A DNA stretch of 63,984 nt. Source: Thermoanaerobaculia bacterium (lineage in GTDB: Bacteria; Acidobacteriota; Thermoanaerobaculia; Multivoradales; JAHEKO01). Made by a program: the position numbers and the translations under genes. Under the pieces are notes generated by a model. That model searched no databases. It was not told the DNA's origin and saw only the letters and a list, made by a program, of their open reading frames with translations. Every line of letters starts with the position of its first letter. Positions within the stretch are counted from its first letter, which is position 1. Positions 45,968 through 56,263 of this stretch are shown one piece after another. The DNA is taken from the NCBI GenBank assembly GCA_046756565.1, contig JBHHWO010000004.1, forward strand, positions 1-63,984, given 5' to 3'.

Positions 45968-48900
45968 CTATTCCGCCCCCTCGGGCACGATCGACAAAGT
46001 CGGATCGCCGAGAAGCGTCCAACCCAGAATCACGTCCAGACGACCCGGATCGGTCTCGGCCAGATCCTGCTTCGCTTCCAGGATCGCTTCGCCCAGACTC
46101 CTGCCCGGAATCGCCAGTCTCTCGAACACCCTGCGGCCCAGGCGTCGCTCCGAGAGCGCCTCGGTCAAGGTGGCCGCTCCCAGAACCGCCGCCGCACCGG
46201 TGTCGGGCTCGAGCAACAGCCGGTTGCCCAGCGTCTCGAAGCTCGGCAGCACATGGTACGTGTTCCAGCAGCCCCACTGCGTCACGATCGTCGGGTCGCC
46301 GCTGTTGGTCAGCTCGGCCACATCGTCCGACTTGAACAGGCCGTCGAAGCTCCACACGGTGAGCCCCGAGTGGCCGAAGTAGCTGGTCAGCGCCGGTCCG
46401 GCACTGATTCCGTCGATCAGCGCTTGGCGGGCTTCGGCCACGGGCTGATCGTCGAGGTAGGCCCGGTCGATCTGCCAGCCCGGGCCCAGGAGCGCAGCCA
46501 TGTCCTCACTGTCGCTCGCGAACGAGTAGCCGGAGCCGAGGTCGAGTCCGTCCGCGGCCAGTACCGCGCTCAGCCCACCGTCTGCGTTCGAATACGCCAG
46601 CGTCTTCGCGATCACAGTAGCCAGCTCGTCGGTCGTACGAACCGGCCAGCGACCCACGGCCATGTCCGGTATCAGGTCGCCGTCGACGTCTCCGTACAAC
46701 GGGTCCACCGGCGCGTAGGTGACGATCACGTCCGTCTGCGCGTACAGACTCGGAACGAAGCTCACCGAGCCGAGACCCAGATAGTCGAAGTAGTCGTAAG
46801 TGTCTCCACCCACCAGCAGCAGAGAGCGAACGCCGTGGTTGTAGGCCGCCGTCGCGTACCGCCGGATCGATTCCGGATCGACCACGCCGTGGCTGAACCT
46901 CGAGTAGAGGTCCGCCACGTCGACGACCTTCACCGCGAGCCCCTGGGACTCGCGCAAGGCCACCCAGGGCGCCAGGCTGTCGATGAAGTCCGCGTGTGAG
47001 ACCACCAGCACGTCCAGGTCTCGGAGACCGAGATCGGAGTTCACGGCAGCTTCCTCGATCGTCGGGCTCAGGATCCCGGCGCCCGCCGCCGTCCAGTATG
47101 CGGCAGCCTCGCCGAGACCGCCGGCGGAGCCGAACAGCGCCTCATAGGCCCCCGGCGATCCGAGCACCTGCACGCCAAGACGCGAGGTGCCAGCTTCGCC
47201 CCGCGCGTAGGCCACCACGTCGGAGGAGCCAAAACCGCCCACTGCGAAGTTACTGCCCTCGGAGGCGAAATCGAGCGCGTCTCCGATCGCTACGAAGGCT
47301 CGCGGATAGGACACGGTCAGGTGGTCGTAGTTCACCAGGTCGTACTGTGCCCCGGTGTCGTGCGGCAACTCGATCTCGAGCGCGTTGCCGGTGGCCAGAA
47401 GAGCACCGTCCGAGACCTCGAACGCGAGCTCGGGCACCGAAACGCCGTCGAAGAGCTCGTCCGCGACCTGAGAGCCGTTGACGTCGAGCACCACGTGGTG
47501 GTCGGGAGCCGAGGGGAAGTCGGTGCCGCCGAAAAGCGCCACATCCAGAGCCACCGGCGCCGCCCCCGGCACCCAGCCCTCGAGATCGAACGGAATCGAG
47601 GCCTCGACCGGACCCGATATCGCCAGCAGCCGTAGGTCGTACCATGGATCGTCGGTCGGGGACGCGAAATGGTACTGGACCTGGTTCTCGACCAGTGCCG
47701 ACTCCAGATAGAAGCTCTCGGCGGCGCCGCCACCGTTGAACGGCAGCTCGGAGACGCGAGCCGCCGCGCGGCGGTTCACGCTCAAGCGGTAGACGTTGGT
47801 CTTCGTGTAGAGCGAGTCCACCGGCTCTCCGACGAACTCGATATACGAGCCCGGGCCGAAGACCGGTTCCGGCGAAACGTACATCGGCACCGAAGCGCCG
47901 GCGGCCGAAAGCGCCAGCCAGTCCCTGCGCGCGCCGGCGAAGTCGAGGCCGGCGGCCGCCAGGTCGTCGTAGCTGACCCGGTAGATGCCCTCGCGATCGG
48001 CCCCCAGACTCGCCGTCGGGTAGACCGAGCGCCGCTGTGGGCGGCAAGCGAGGCAACGGTCACTGCCGCCACCAACGCCGATCGCGCTCGCGATGAAACC
48101 GCTGCCGCGCCGCGAGTCCTGCGCCGCGGCGTCGCGTCTCAGAGCGTTGCGGGTCGCGGCACGCGCGCGGGACTTTTCGGCCTTCTGCTGACGGATCTTG
48201 CCCCAGGCTACCGGCTTGACCCGGTCGACCTCGGAGCCGCGCGCTGCGTCCAGGTAGAAAGGACCGTGGTGGCGCAGCTGGCCATGGATGTCGACGTCTT
48301 CGAGCACGAAGACCTTGCCGGCCGAGCCCGAAGCCTCGAACTCGTAGGTCTGCGGCTCGAGCGAGTCGACTACATGAGACGCGATCAGTTCGCTGTTGAG
48401 CTTCTCGAGGCCCTCGTCCGTCACCGCGTACAGATTGAAGCCCAGGTTGCCCACCTCGGTGGAGGTCATCCACCGGAACGAGCCGCCGGAACGGGCCTCG
48501 AAATACGCCAGGGTCACCGGCGTCGTGGTAATGCCGCCGTTCCAGAAGCCGAAATCGTTGCCGGTGGAGTTGGCAGCCACCAGGGTCACCGGCTGAACAC
48601 CGTTCTCGGGGAAGCTGCCTCCCTGCTGGGTCGTCTGGATAAAGTCCTCGACCGCCGTGCCCGCCGTGTCCGCCGTCACGATGTAGTCGCCGGGGGGCAG
48701 ATCGGTGAAGGTGTAGTCACCGGCGGCGTCGCTGGTGGTGACGTCGATCTGGGGCTCAGCCGGATCCAGAATGCCGTCGCCGTTCAAATCACGGTAGAGA
48801 CGCATCGTCGCGCTCTGGACCAACGGCTCGCCGTTGAGCGTCGCGCTGCGATCTTCGTCCTCGAAGACGGTCCCCGAGATCGAGAGTCCCGCACCCAACG

Positions 48901-51900
48901 GACCGGCGTAGCCGAAGTCCTGATCGAAGTTGCCGGAGCCGGCCACCACGGTCAGGTCTCCGAGGTTGTCGCAGGTACCGCACGGCATGCCGAACTCGTT
49001 CGGATCGTGCGTCTGTACGAAGGCCTCGAGCACCGCGCCGGCGACGAAGTTCTCGGGCGCCACTCGCACAACATAGTCCTCGGGCGGCAGCGACTTGAAC
49101 TCGTACTCGCCGTTGACGTCGGTGAACTCGGTGCGGACGCGGTTATCGATGCCCGGCTCGATCGTGCCGTTGCCGTTCAGATCGACCCACAGCTCGACGT
49201 AGACGCCCTCGATCCCGGGCTCGGTTAGGTCTTGAATGCCGTCGCGATTGATGTCGTGCCAGACGAGGTTGGAGATCGTCCCGGTGCCGCCTGAGGGGGC
49301 GTACCCGAAGTCGATCGTGTCGATGTTCGCGCCACCCAGAGGAATCGTCACCGAGCCCTGCATGTCACAGGTGGAGCAGATCCCACCCTCGTCGGGATCC
49401 CCGGTCTGCTGGAGGAGACCGGTCACGCCGTTGATGTCCGAGACCACGACCGTGTAGGTGGCGTCGTCGGGCACGCCGGCGAACAGGTAGTTTCCGCTCA
49501 TGTCGGTAGTGGTGGTCGCGATAATGTCGCCGGAGGCGTCCACCAGATTCACGGTCACGCCTTCGATGCCCGCCTCGCCAGCGTCTTGAACGCCGTCGCC
49601 GTCTTCGTCGATCCAGATGAAGTCTCCGATCGACCCGACAGTGCCGCCGTCGAAGCCGAAGTCCAACGTCGTGATGATGTCTCCGGCGATGGTCGTCACG
49701 ACATAGGTGTCGTTCGGAGCAGTCATATTGGTCGGCTGGGTGTTGTAGCCGAGGGCCGTGACGTCGGCGTCGTCGAAGCTGACCGTGTACTCGCCCGGTG
49801 TCAGGTTCTTCGCCAGCCACACGCCGTCGGGACCGGTCGTAACGGTGCAGGAGGGCATGCACGACGGTCCGACCAGGATGACGTCGATGCCCTCGATCCC
49901 GACTTCGCCCGGATCCTGCAGCCCGTCGCCATCGGCGTCGTACCAGACCCGATCACCCAGAACCGAAGTGCCAGCGGTCGGAACGTAGCCGAAGTCGGCG
50001 TCGGTGAACCGCTCGCCCTCGGAGAGCCGGATCACAGAGGATGGATCGGTCGTGCCGGCGGTCTCGGTCAGATTGGTCAGGATCGAGTTGGTGTCGGTTA
50101 CGTCGACCACATAGTTGCCGGCCGGCAGATCCGGCAACACGTACTTGCCGTTGGCGTCCGAGATGGTTGACGCGACCACGCCGACGTCGTCGGCGGTGCC
50201 GAGCATGCCGTCGGGACCGACGTCGATGAGATCCAGCGTCACCCGCGTTAGACCGGGCTCGGAGGCGCTGGCGACACCGTCACCGTTGACGTCCAGCCAG
50301 ACCGTGTCGCCGATCGAGGCGGTGCCCGGATCCCGGATGTAGCCGAAGTCGATGCCGCTCACGTTCATCGCGGCGACCGTGATCGGGATCATCTCGAGGC
50401 CGCTGGTCAGCGTGTAGCCCTCGAGAATGCCTGCCCTATCGGTGACCCAGACCTCGAAGTTGCCCGCCGGCACGTCCGAGAAGGTATAGGTGCCATCGGA
50501 GGCGCTGGTGGTCTCGGCGACGATCAGGTCGTCGTTGGTGCCGAAGATTGCATCCGGGCCCGGGTCGAAGAGAGTCACCGTCACGCCCTCGAACCCGGGC
50601 TCGCCGGAGTCCAGGACGCCGTCGCGGTCCGGATCGAAGAACACCGTTCCGGTCACCTCGGGCAGCGACACGTTCCGGTAGCCGAAGTCCTGCGCCAGAT
50701 CGCTCCTGTTGAGCGTCACCGTGGTACTGCCTTCGTCGTCACAGATCGTGCACTTCACGCCCGGCTCGCTCGGATCGCCGGTCTGGGTGAAGCCCATCAA
50801 AAGCATCCCGGTGTCGGTGACCCGAACCGTGTACGAGCCCACCGGCAGGTTGTCGAAAAGATAGCTGCCGTCGGCCGCCGTCGTGGCGGTGGTGATCACC
50901 ACGCCGGTCGCGGCGTCGACGAGATCGAGCGTGATGCCTTCGATGCCCGACTCGCCAGGATCCCGAACGCCGTTGTCGTTGGTGTCGTTCCAGACCAGAT
51001 CGCCGATATTGCCGGGGGCGTAGTAACCGAAGTTGACCCCGCTGATCGGAGCGCCAGCCATGGTCAGCGGCAGCTGGCCCGCCCTCGCCGGTACCGTCGT
51101 GCCGAACAGATCGGTCAACTTTGCGTCGGTGTCGTCGATCTGGATGATGTAGTCCCCGTCGGGCACCAGCGGAAAAGTGAACTTGCCGTCGGTGCCGCTC
51201 ACGGCAGTCGCGATCACCTCTTCGTCGCCGTTGTTGGGTGTTCCGTCGGGATCGGAGAGCAGGCTCGCCGTCACGCCCTCGATGGTCTGCTCTCCCGGCG
51301 CGAACTTACCGTCGCCGTTCTCGTCCAGCCAGACCGTGTCGGAGATAGGATGCAGCGGCGGCATCGCGCAGAAGTCGATACCGGCCAGAGCGCCCGCGTC
51401 GTCCAGGGTGACGGTCAGGCGCCGCACGCCGGTTTCCGCAATCGCTACGTTCTGAAAGCTGTTGCTGCCGAGGTCGGCGATCGCTACCGTGCCCAAGGAC
51501 ATCAGGGCGGCATCAAAGGTCTCGACGGTGTTGCCCGGCGAGTTGCCGTCCATGAAATCGATGCTCGCAACGTCGACGTCGTAGTTGAAATCGAAGGTGA
51601 GCGTGCCACCGTTGAGGTTGTCGTCGGGATCGCTAGCGTCCCCGTCTTCAGAGATGATCAGGATGTTGCCCTGCGGAACGCAGTTCTCGCCCGGCTGACC
51701 GAGCTCGCCGCCGGTGCCGACTCCCAGACCGGGAGGTGCGCAAGTCTCGTTGGGCGAGCCCAGATCGGTGTCGCCGCCGGTGGGCACCCTGCTGTCGAAG
51801 ATCATCGCCGGGCCGGTGCCAGGAGCCGCCGCGGTGAAGCTCACGGCGATGCCCCACTTCGCGAACTCGTCGTCGATGGTCTGGCCAGAGGCGAGCGCGA

Positions 51901-54900
51901 AGCCGCCGCTGTCGGTCTCGAAACCGATCCGCGGAAGGCAGGTGTTGGCATAACCGAAGTCGAGGTCGGTGATCGCCTCGCCGGCCATGAGGGTGAACGG
52001 AGCGCTGGTCTCGGTTCCGATCGACTGCGGTCCCTGGGTGGCGCCGTAGCCGTCCAGATCTCCGCCTCCCGCAAGCTCGGCCGCGTCGATCTGGACGTAA
52101 TACTCGCCGGGCGGCACGTCGGTGAACAGGTACTTGCCGTCCGCACCGGTAACCACGGGCGAGACCCCCGCCACCTCGGTGCCCGTGGCGGCGTCGAACA
52201 GCCGCACGGTGACGCCCGAAATCCCCAGCTCACCGGGATCCTGGATACCGTCGCCGTTCGAGTCGTTCCACACGTAGTCGCCCAGGGCACCCAGGGTCGG
52301 CGCCGGCGAGTAACCGAAATCGACGTCCAGGAAGACCTCGGTAGAGGTGATCACGATCGTGCTGATCGGGTTGCTCGAGCCGGGCGCGATCGAGAGCCCG
52401 GTCGGTATCGTTGTCTCGTCGACGAAGACCTCGTAGGTGCCCGGCTGCAAGTGGCTGAAGAGATACTCGCCTCTGGCGTTCGTCAGTGTCGTCGGACAGT
52501 TGACCGCGGGTGTGCAGACGCCGTCTCGAAGCTCGACCAGGACGTTGGCCAGACCCGGCTCGAACTGGTCGTAGTAGCCGTCCTCGTCCACGTCGAGCCA
52601 GACCAGATCCCCGATCGCGCCGCCGGGACTCACGAAGTCGGTGACTTGTCCCTGAACCGGGTTCGGATTCTCGAAGGTCCTGCCGATCGCGGTGTTGATC
52701 AAGAATGGGACGTCGAGCGGATCGTCGGCGACCACATCGAAGGTAGCGGTCATGACGTCGCCAGGCGCCAACGCAAAGCTGTCCCCGGGAAGCGTGATGA
52801 CCGGTGGCGCCCCGTCGAGAAGCTCGGGATGGTTGGGGGGATCGGGCAGTGCCACCCCATCGTTGTCCTTGGTTTCGACGACCTGGATACCGGCCTTGAC
52901 CCGCACGTTGTCGACCGAGAAGAACTCGGTGCCCTCGAGGGCTTGCGAAATGCGGAAACGGACCGCCGTGTTCGCCGAGATGAACGGTGTGATGTCGTAA
53001 CTGCGTGAGCCGTCGGGATCGTTGACGAATTCGCCGATCGCGGTGAACGTGCCCGCAACCCCGGTGCTCGAAACCTCGACTTGCATGCGATCCGCGTTGC
53101 CGAGGGCGTTGATCTCTTCGCTGGTGTCGTAGTCGAAGCTGAGAATCGCGAAAACGCTACCCGAGAGATCCACCTCGCGCTGAGCGCTGTTGTCGACAGC
53201 GCCGCTCAGGCGAAGCTCACCGGCGGTAACCAGTACGTCGCCGCCACCGGAGCCGCCACCACCGGCATCGGTCTCGGTCCAGTCGATGAGCCAGCCACAG
53301 GGAGTCGCTCCGCACGGCACGCCGGTGCCGCCGGTGTATCCGGAGGAGAAGTCGTCCAGGGCCTCGACGCTGTCGCCCGCGGCCCGCACGTCCACGACGT
53401 CAGCAAAGAAGAACTCGCCGGCGCCACCGTAGTTCGCAGCGACCCGGAACCGGACAGCTGTGTCGGGCGGCGAGGGGGGCGGCGCGATGCAGCCCGAGAT
53501 GTCGTAGCCGAGGCTGCCATCGGGGAACGAGTTGACATCCCCATCGATCCCGTCGAGGGTGCTGTCGGGCACCGGCCCGAAGGTTCCGCCGCTGCCGTCG
53601 GAGGCGCACTCGATCTCGATCACGTCGGTGGTATCGACCACGTCGCTGACCCGGAAGTCGAACAACAGGGCGGCGAATGGATCGGGACCGTCGATCACCC
53701 TCAGGTCGCCGACCGCGCGCGCGGCCGCGGAACCCACATCCTCCATGCGCAGCTCGATGTTGGCCGGTCCCTGAAAAACCTGAACGTCGCCGGCCGAGGG
53801 GTCCTGAGGCGGGCCTGCGGTGTCGGTCTCGAGCCAGTTCCCGCTCCAATCGTTGGGCCCCTCCTGGTTGGCGTAGCTCTGCAGCTCGAAGGCGTCTCGC
53901 ACGAAGAACTGCTCGGGGCCGGTCACCACCGTCGATCCGGCCACATAACTCACCTCGGCTGGTAGCAGGTCGCTGAGCTCGACACCGGTGACCGGACTTC
54001 CCGAGGTGTTCTCCACGGTCACCGTGTAGGTGATGGTCTGTCCCGGAATCACCGGCGACCCGGCCGCGCTCGAGGTCTTGGTCACCGTGATCTCGCCCGC
54101 CCGCAGCGGAGCCGCATCGGCGTCGACGAAGGTCTCGGTGTCCGAGCTCACCACGACGTTGTTGACGATCTCCTCGACGCCGACCGGCAGTGGATCGTTC
54201 ACCTGAGCGACGAAGGTGACCAGTATCTCGGCACCCGGCGCCAGCTCGTCCGGGGATGCGACCAGTGCGTAGCCCATCGGATGCCCCGCGTCCACGTCGA
54301 GCGGGAACGGCGTATCGAGCGGCAGGTCGTCGGGAATCGCCGCGCCGTCGACCTGGGTCGAATCCAGCACGTAGGTGGTGTTCGGGTCCAGGGTGTCGAC
54401 CAGGAAGATGTCGGTGATCGGCACGATCCCGGTGTTGACCACCCGAATCGTGTAGAGGATGGTCTCGCCCGGATCCAGCCCGCCGTTGTTGTTGGCGTCG
54501 TCGAGCAGAGCGCCCGACTTGAAGGCCGTCAGGCTCGAGAACGGCAGCACCGTTGTGCCCATGTCGAGCTGCTGCGGCTGGCCCGAGCTCGAGAACGCGG
54601 GATCCTGTCCCCAGGCCGCCGTCAGCCGCGTGCCGTCCACGGTGTAGACCCTCAGACCGGTCTGGTCACAGTCGCCCGACGTGCAGGGGTCTCCCGGGTT
54701 GGTGTCGGGCGGGGCCTGATCGAAGATCCGGATCGCCTCGAGCTGGACGACGCCGGAGAATAGCTGGTCGTACCGGTTGCCGAACGGGTCGATCAGGGAT
54801 CCGGTCGCCGGATCGGCGTCGAAGTCGACGTAGATGTCTGTAGTCCCGTCGATCGGCGTGACGAAGACCGGGCTCACGTTCTCGGTCAGATTGGTCGATC

Positions 54901-56263
54901 CCGGGGCCCAGCCGACCACCGCGGTCGGCGTGAGAGAGGAAGTCGGAATCAGGGTGAAGCCCCAGTCGTGGATGGTCGCGTTGCGATCGATCGAGCCGAT
55001 GGCGAAGAAATCGCCGCCGGGAACCGCAGCCGCCGCGCAATCGGTGCCGTCGCTCAGGAATCTGGCCGCCGAGAGCGGTGTCTCGATCGACAGCGTGTAC
55101 TCGGCGGTCGCTCCTGCGCCCACGACCTGATCCGTGCAGGTCGGAACCCCAGCGATGAGCTCGAAGACCTTGACCGTGATCGCGGCCAGGCCCGGGTTGT
55201 AGAGATGAACCCGGGTCTCGTCTCCGGACGTGGTCGAGGGGACCGGGCTGAAGTACTCGTTGCTCCAATCGACTCGAGGGAGCTGGCTGTACCAGCGCCC
55301 CTCGTAGGTCGTGCCTTCGTTGGCGGTCAGCATCTGGATCTCGACGTCCGCGCTGGCGTCGACCACGGCGCCCACCAGGATGTCGGTCACGCCCACGGCC
55401 CCGGCCAAGAGGCTCTCGCCCATGTCGAGCGGCACGTTCAGAAGGTCGTTCGCGTCGATGAAATCGCCGTCGCCATTGGCATCGACGCTGACCAGTGTGC
55501 CGTCCTCTTCCGCCATGATCGACAGGCCGACGAACTCGAACGCCGCGTTAGCGGTGTTCTCGCCCATCGGAGCCACGTAGTTGGTGCCCCAGGCGCTGGT
55601 GTCGAAGACCTCGACTGCGCCGCCGAGCTGGGCCTCGACGCCGGTCGAGGGCCACAGCGCCCGCGTCACCGCCAGAAACTCGGTAGTGGCGAACTTGTCG
55701 CGGCCGTCGAAGAAGGTCTGTGACGGATCGCGGAAGTTGGTGGGCCCTAGAGGCACGTCGTCTTGGAGGATGATGACGTCGCCGGCGCTGAGCGTGTCAT
55801 CGGAGCCGACTGTGCACGTGACGGTCGGAATCGCGCCGTTGGAGCAGTCCTGATCGCCCCAGATCTGGGTACCGGCGTCGTTCGGCACTCCCGTCCAGAC
55901 CGACAGAGGCGCGGTGATGTCGAGCTCGTAGCCGTTCTCCCACTGGTCCCAGAAGACGACCGCATCGTCGGCAGTGACCGTCATCGAGATCACCGAGCGC
56001 ATGGTCTCGTTCTCGCCAAGATCCTGAATGCCGTCCGCCCAGATCCGCACCTGGGTCTCCGGCAGAGGCACGAAGAACTCCTGGACGATGGTCTGAGCCG
56101 CAGCCACTCCCGGAACCAGTGCCGAGAGCGCCAGAACCGCGGAGATCAGCAGGCCGCGACTCGATGAGCCTACACTTGACGCGACGCCTGCCGGCTGGCT
56201 TGGATTCAAGCTGTGGAGATCCTTCGAGCCCCGCGAGGTGGGCTTCAAGAGTTGTTTGATCAT
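45968..56263 (-). CDS. Giant (about 3430 aa) secreted surface protein: N-terminal unknown region, DUF11 repeats, about 10 SdrD-B/Cna-B-type repeats, C-terminal peptidase C25 (gingipain)-like domain
   Basis: Signal peptide (LLISAVLALSALVPGVAAAQ). DUF11-like segments (ITVTKTSSA...GQTITYTVTVENTSG). Repeats carry GD.VW.D.NGDG.QD.GE.GI.GVTV.L. The C-terminal domain of about 450 aa has GRWPVRT, YFGHSG (His) and QWGCWN (Cys). The ATG at 56263 is preceded by AGGGAA. The track start at 56281 is a TTG. Confidence 0.9.
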   Translation of the reverse strand: MIKQLLKPTSRGSKDLHSLNPSQPAGVASSVGSSSRGLLISAVLALSALVPGVAAAQTIVQEFFVPLPETQVRIWADGIQDLGENETMRSVISMTVTADDAVVFWDQWENGYELDITAPLSVWTGVPNDAGTQIWGDQDCSNGAIPTVTCTVGSDDTLSAGDVIILQDDVPLGPTNFRDPSQTFFDGRDKFATTEFLAVTRALWPSTGVEAQLGGAVEVFDTSAWGTNYVAPMGENTANAAFEFVGLSIMAEEDGTLVSVDANGDGDFIDANDLLNVPLDMGESLLAGAVGVTDILVGAVVDASADVEIQMLTANEGTTYEGRWYSQLPRVDWSNEYFSPVPSTTSGDETRVHLYNPGLAAITVKVFELIAGVPTCTDQVVGAGATAEYTLSIETPLSAARFLSDGTDCAAAAVPGGDFFAIGSIDRNATIHDWGFTLIPTSSLTPTAVVGWAPGSTNLTENVSPVFVTPIDGTTDIYVDFDADPATGSLIDPFGNRYDQLFSGVVQLEAIRIFDQAPPDTNPGDPCTSGDCDQTGLRVYTVDGTRLTAAWGQDPAFSSSGQPQQLDMGTTVLPFSSLTAFKSGALLDDANNNGGLDPGETILYTIRVVNTGIVPITDIFLVDTLDPNTTYVLDSTQVDGAAIPDDLPLDTPFPLDVDAGHPMGYALVASPDELAPGAEILVTFVAQVNDPLPVGVEEIVNNVVVSSDTETFVDADAAPLRAGEITVTKTSSAAGSPVIPGQTITYTVTVENTSGSPVTGVELSDLLPAEVSYVAGSTVVTGPEQFFVRDAFELQSYANQEGPNDWSGNWLETDTAGPPQDPSAGDVQVFQGPANIELRMEDVGSAAARAVGDLRVIDGPDPFAALLFDFRVSDVVDTTDVIEIECASDGSGGTFGPVPDSTLDGIDGDVNSFPDGSLGYDISGCIAPPPSPPDTAVRFRVAANYGGAGEFFFADVVDVRAAGDSVEALDDFSSGYTGGTGVPCGATPCGWLIDWTETDAGGGGSGGGDVLVTAGELRLSGAVDNSAQREVDLSGSVFAILSFDYDTSEEINALGNADRMQVEVSSTGVAGTFTAIGEFVNDPDGSRSYDITPFISANTAVRFRISQALEGTEFFSVDNVRVKAGIQVVETKDNDGVALPDPPNHPELLDGAPPVITLPGDSFALAPGDVMTATFDVVADDPLDVPFLINTAIGRTFENPNPVQGQVTDFVSPGGAIGDLVWLDVDEDGYYDQFEPGLANVLVELRDGVCTPAVNCPTTLTNARGEYLFSHLQPGTYEVFVDETTIPTGLSIAPGSSNPISTIVITSTEVFLDVDFGYSPAPTLGALGDYVWNDSNGDGIQDPGELGISGVTVRLFDAATGTEVAGVSPVVTGADGKYLFTDVPPGEYYVQIDAAELAGGGDLDGYGATQGPQSIGTETSAPFTLMAGEAITDLDFGYANTCLPRIGFETDSGGFALASGQTIDDEFAKWGIAVSFTAAAPGTGPAMIFDSRVPTGGDTDLGSPNETCAPPGLGVGTGGELGQPGENCVPQGNILIISEDGDASDPDDNLNGGTLTFDFNYDVDVASIDFMDGNSPGNTVETFDAALMSLGTVAIADLGSNSFQNVAIAETGVRRLTVTLDDAGALAGIDFCAMPPLHPISDTVWLDENGDGKFAPGEQTIEGVTASLLSDPDGTPNNGDEEVIATAVSGTDGKFTFPLVPDGDYIIQIDDTDAKLTDLFGTTVPARAGQLPLTMAGAPISGVNFGYYAPGNIGDLVWNDTNDNGVRDPGESGIEGITLDLVDAATGVVITTATTAADGSYLFDNLPVGSYTVRVTDTGMLLMGFTQTGDPSEPGVKCTICDDEGSTTVTLNRSDLAQDFGYRNVSLPEVTGTVFFDPDRDGVLDSGEPGFEGVTVTLFDPGPDAIFGTNDDLIVAETTSASDGTYTFSDVPAGNFEVWVTDRAGILEGYTLTSGLEMIPITVAAMNVSGIDFGYIRDPGTASIGDTVWLDVNGDGVASASEPGLTRVTLDLIDVGPDGMLGTADDVGVVASTISDANGKYVLPDLPAGNYVVDVTDTNSILTNLTETAGTTDPSSVIRLSEGERFTDADFGYVPTAGTSVLGDRVWYDADGDGLQDPGEVGIEGIDVILVGPSCMPSCTVTTGPDGVWLAKNLTPGEYTVSFDDADVTALGYNTQPTNMTAPNDTYVVTTIAGDIITTLDFGFDGGTVGSIGDFIWIDEDGDGVQDAGEAGIEGVTVNLVDASGDIIATTTTDMSGNYLFAGVPDDATYTVVVSDINGVTGLLQQTGDPDEGGICSTCDMQGSVTIPLGGANIDTIDFGYAPSGGTGTISNLVWHDINRDGIQDLTEPGIEGVYVELWVDLNGNGTIEPGIDNRVRTEFTDVNGEYEFKSLPPEDYVVRVAPENFVAGAVLEAFVQTHDPNEFGMPCGTCDNLGDLTVVAGSGNFDQDFGYAGPLGAGLSISGTVFEDEDRSATLNGEPLVQSATMRLYRDLNGDGILDPAEPQIDVTTSDAAGDYTFTDLPPGDYIVTADTAGTAVEDFIQTTQQGGSFPENGVQPVTLVAANSTGNDFGFWNGGITTTPVTLAYFEARSGGSFRWMTSTEVGNLGFNLYAVTDEGLEKLNSELIASHVVDSLEPQTYEFEASGSAGKVFVLEDVDIHGQLRHHGPFYLDAARGSEVDRVKPVAWGKIRQQKAEKSRARAATRNALRRDAAAQDSRRGSGFIASAIGVGGGSDRCLACRPQRRSVYPTASLGADREGIYRVSYDDLAAAGLDFAGARRDWLALSAAGASVPMYVSPEPVFGPGSYIEFVGEPVDSLYTKTNVYRLSVNRRAAARVSELPFNGGGAAESFYLESALVENQVQYHFASPTDDPWYDLRLLAISGPVEASIPFDLEGWVPGAAPVALDVALFGGTDFPSAPDHHVVLDVNGSQVADELFDGVSVPELAFEVSDGALLATGNALEIELPHDTGAQYDLVNYDHLTVSYPRAFVAIGDALDFASEGSNFAVGGFGSSDVVAYARGEAGTSRLGVQVLGSPGAYEALFGSAGGLGEAAAYWTAAGAGILSPTIEEAAVNSDLGLRDLDVLVVSHADFIDSLAPWVALRESQGLAVKVVDVADLYSRFSHGVVDPESIRRYATAAYNHGVRSLLLVGGDTYDYFDYLGLGSVSFVPSLYAQTDVIVTYAPVDPLYGDVDGDLIPDMAVGRWPVRTTDELATVIAKTLAYSNADGGLSAVLAADGLDLGSGYSFASDSEDMAALLGPGWQIDRAYLDDQPVAEARQALIDGISAGPALTSYFGHSGLTVWSFDGLFKSDDVAELTNSGDPTIVTQWGCWNTYHVLPSFETLGNRLLLEPDTGAAAVLGAATLTEALSERRLGRRVFERLAIPGRSLGEAILEAKQDLAETDPGRLDVILGWTLLGDPTLSIVPEGAE
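48560..52620 (-). repeat. Array of about 10 diverged coding repeats of about 100 aa (SdrD B-like / Cna-B fold) inside the giant gene, interrupted by a unique insert of about 200 aa
   Basis: Repeat heads seen: IGDLVWLDVDEDG, LGDYVWNDSNGDG, ISDTVWLDENGDG, IGDLVWNDTNDNG, VTGTVFFDPDRDG, IGDTVWLDVNGDG, LGDRVWYDADGDG, IGDFIWIDEDGDG, ISNLVWHDINRDG, ISGTVFEDEDRS. The boundaries are approximate. Confidence 0.75.

Noticed and set aside
45872-53965. Several plus-strand ORFs of 250-550 aa and out-of-frame minus-strand ORFs within the giant gene
   Set aside because: They are shadow ORFs of a 10-kb high-GC repeat-rich gene. The minus-strand frame starting at 56263 is continuous and motif-rich along its full length.
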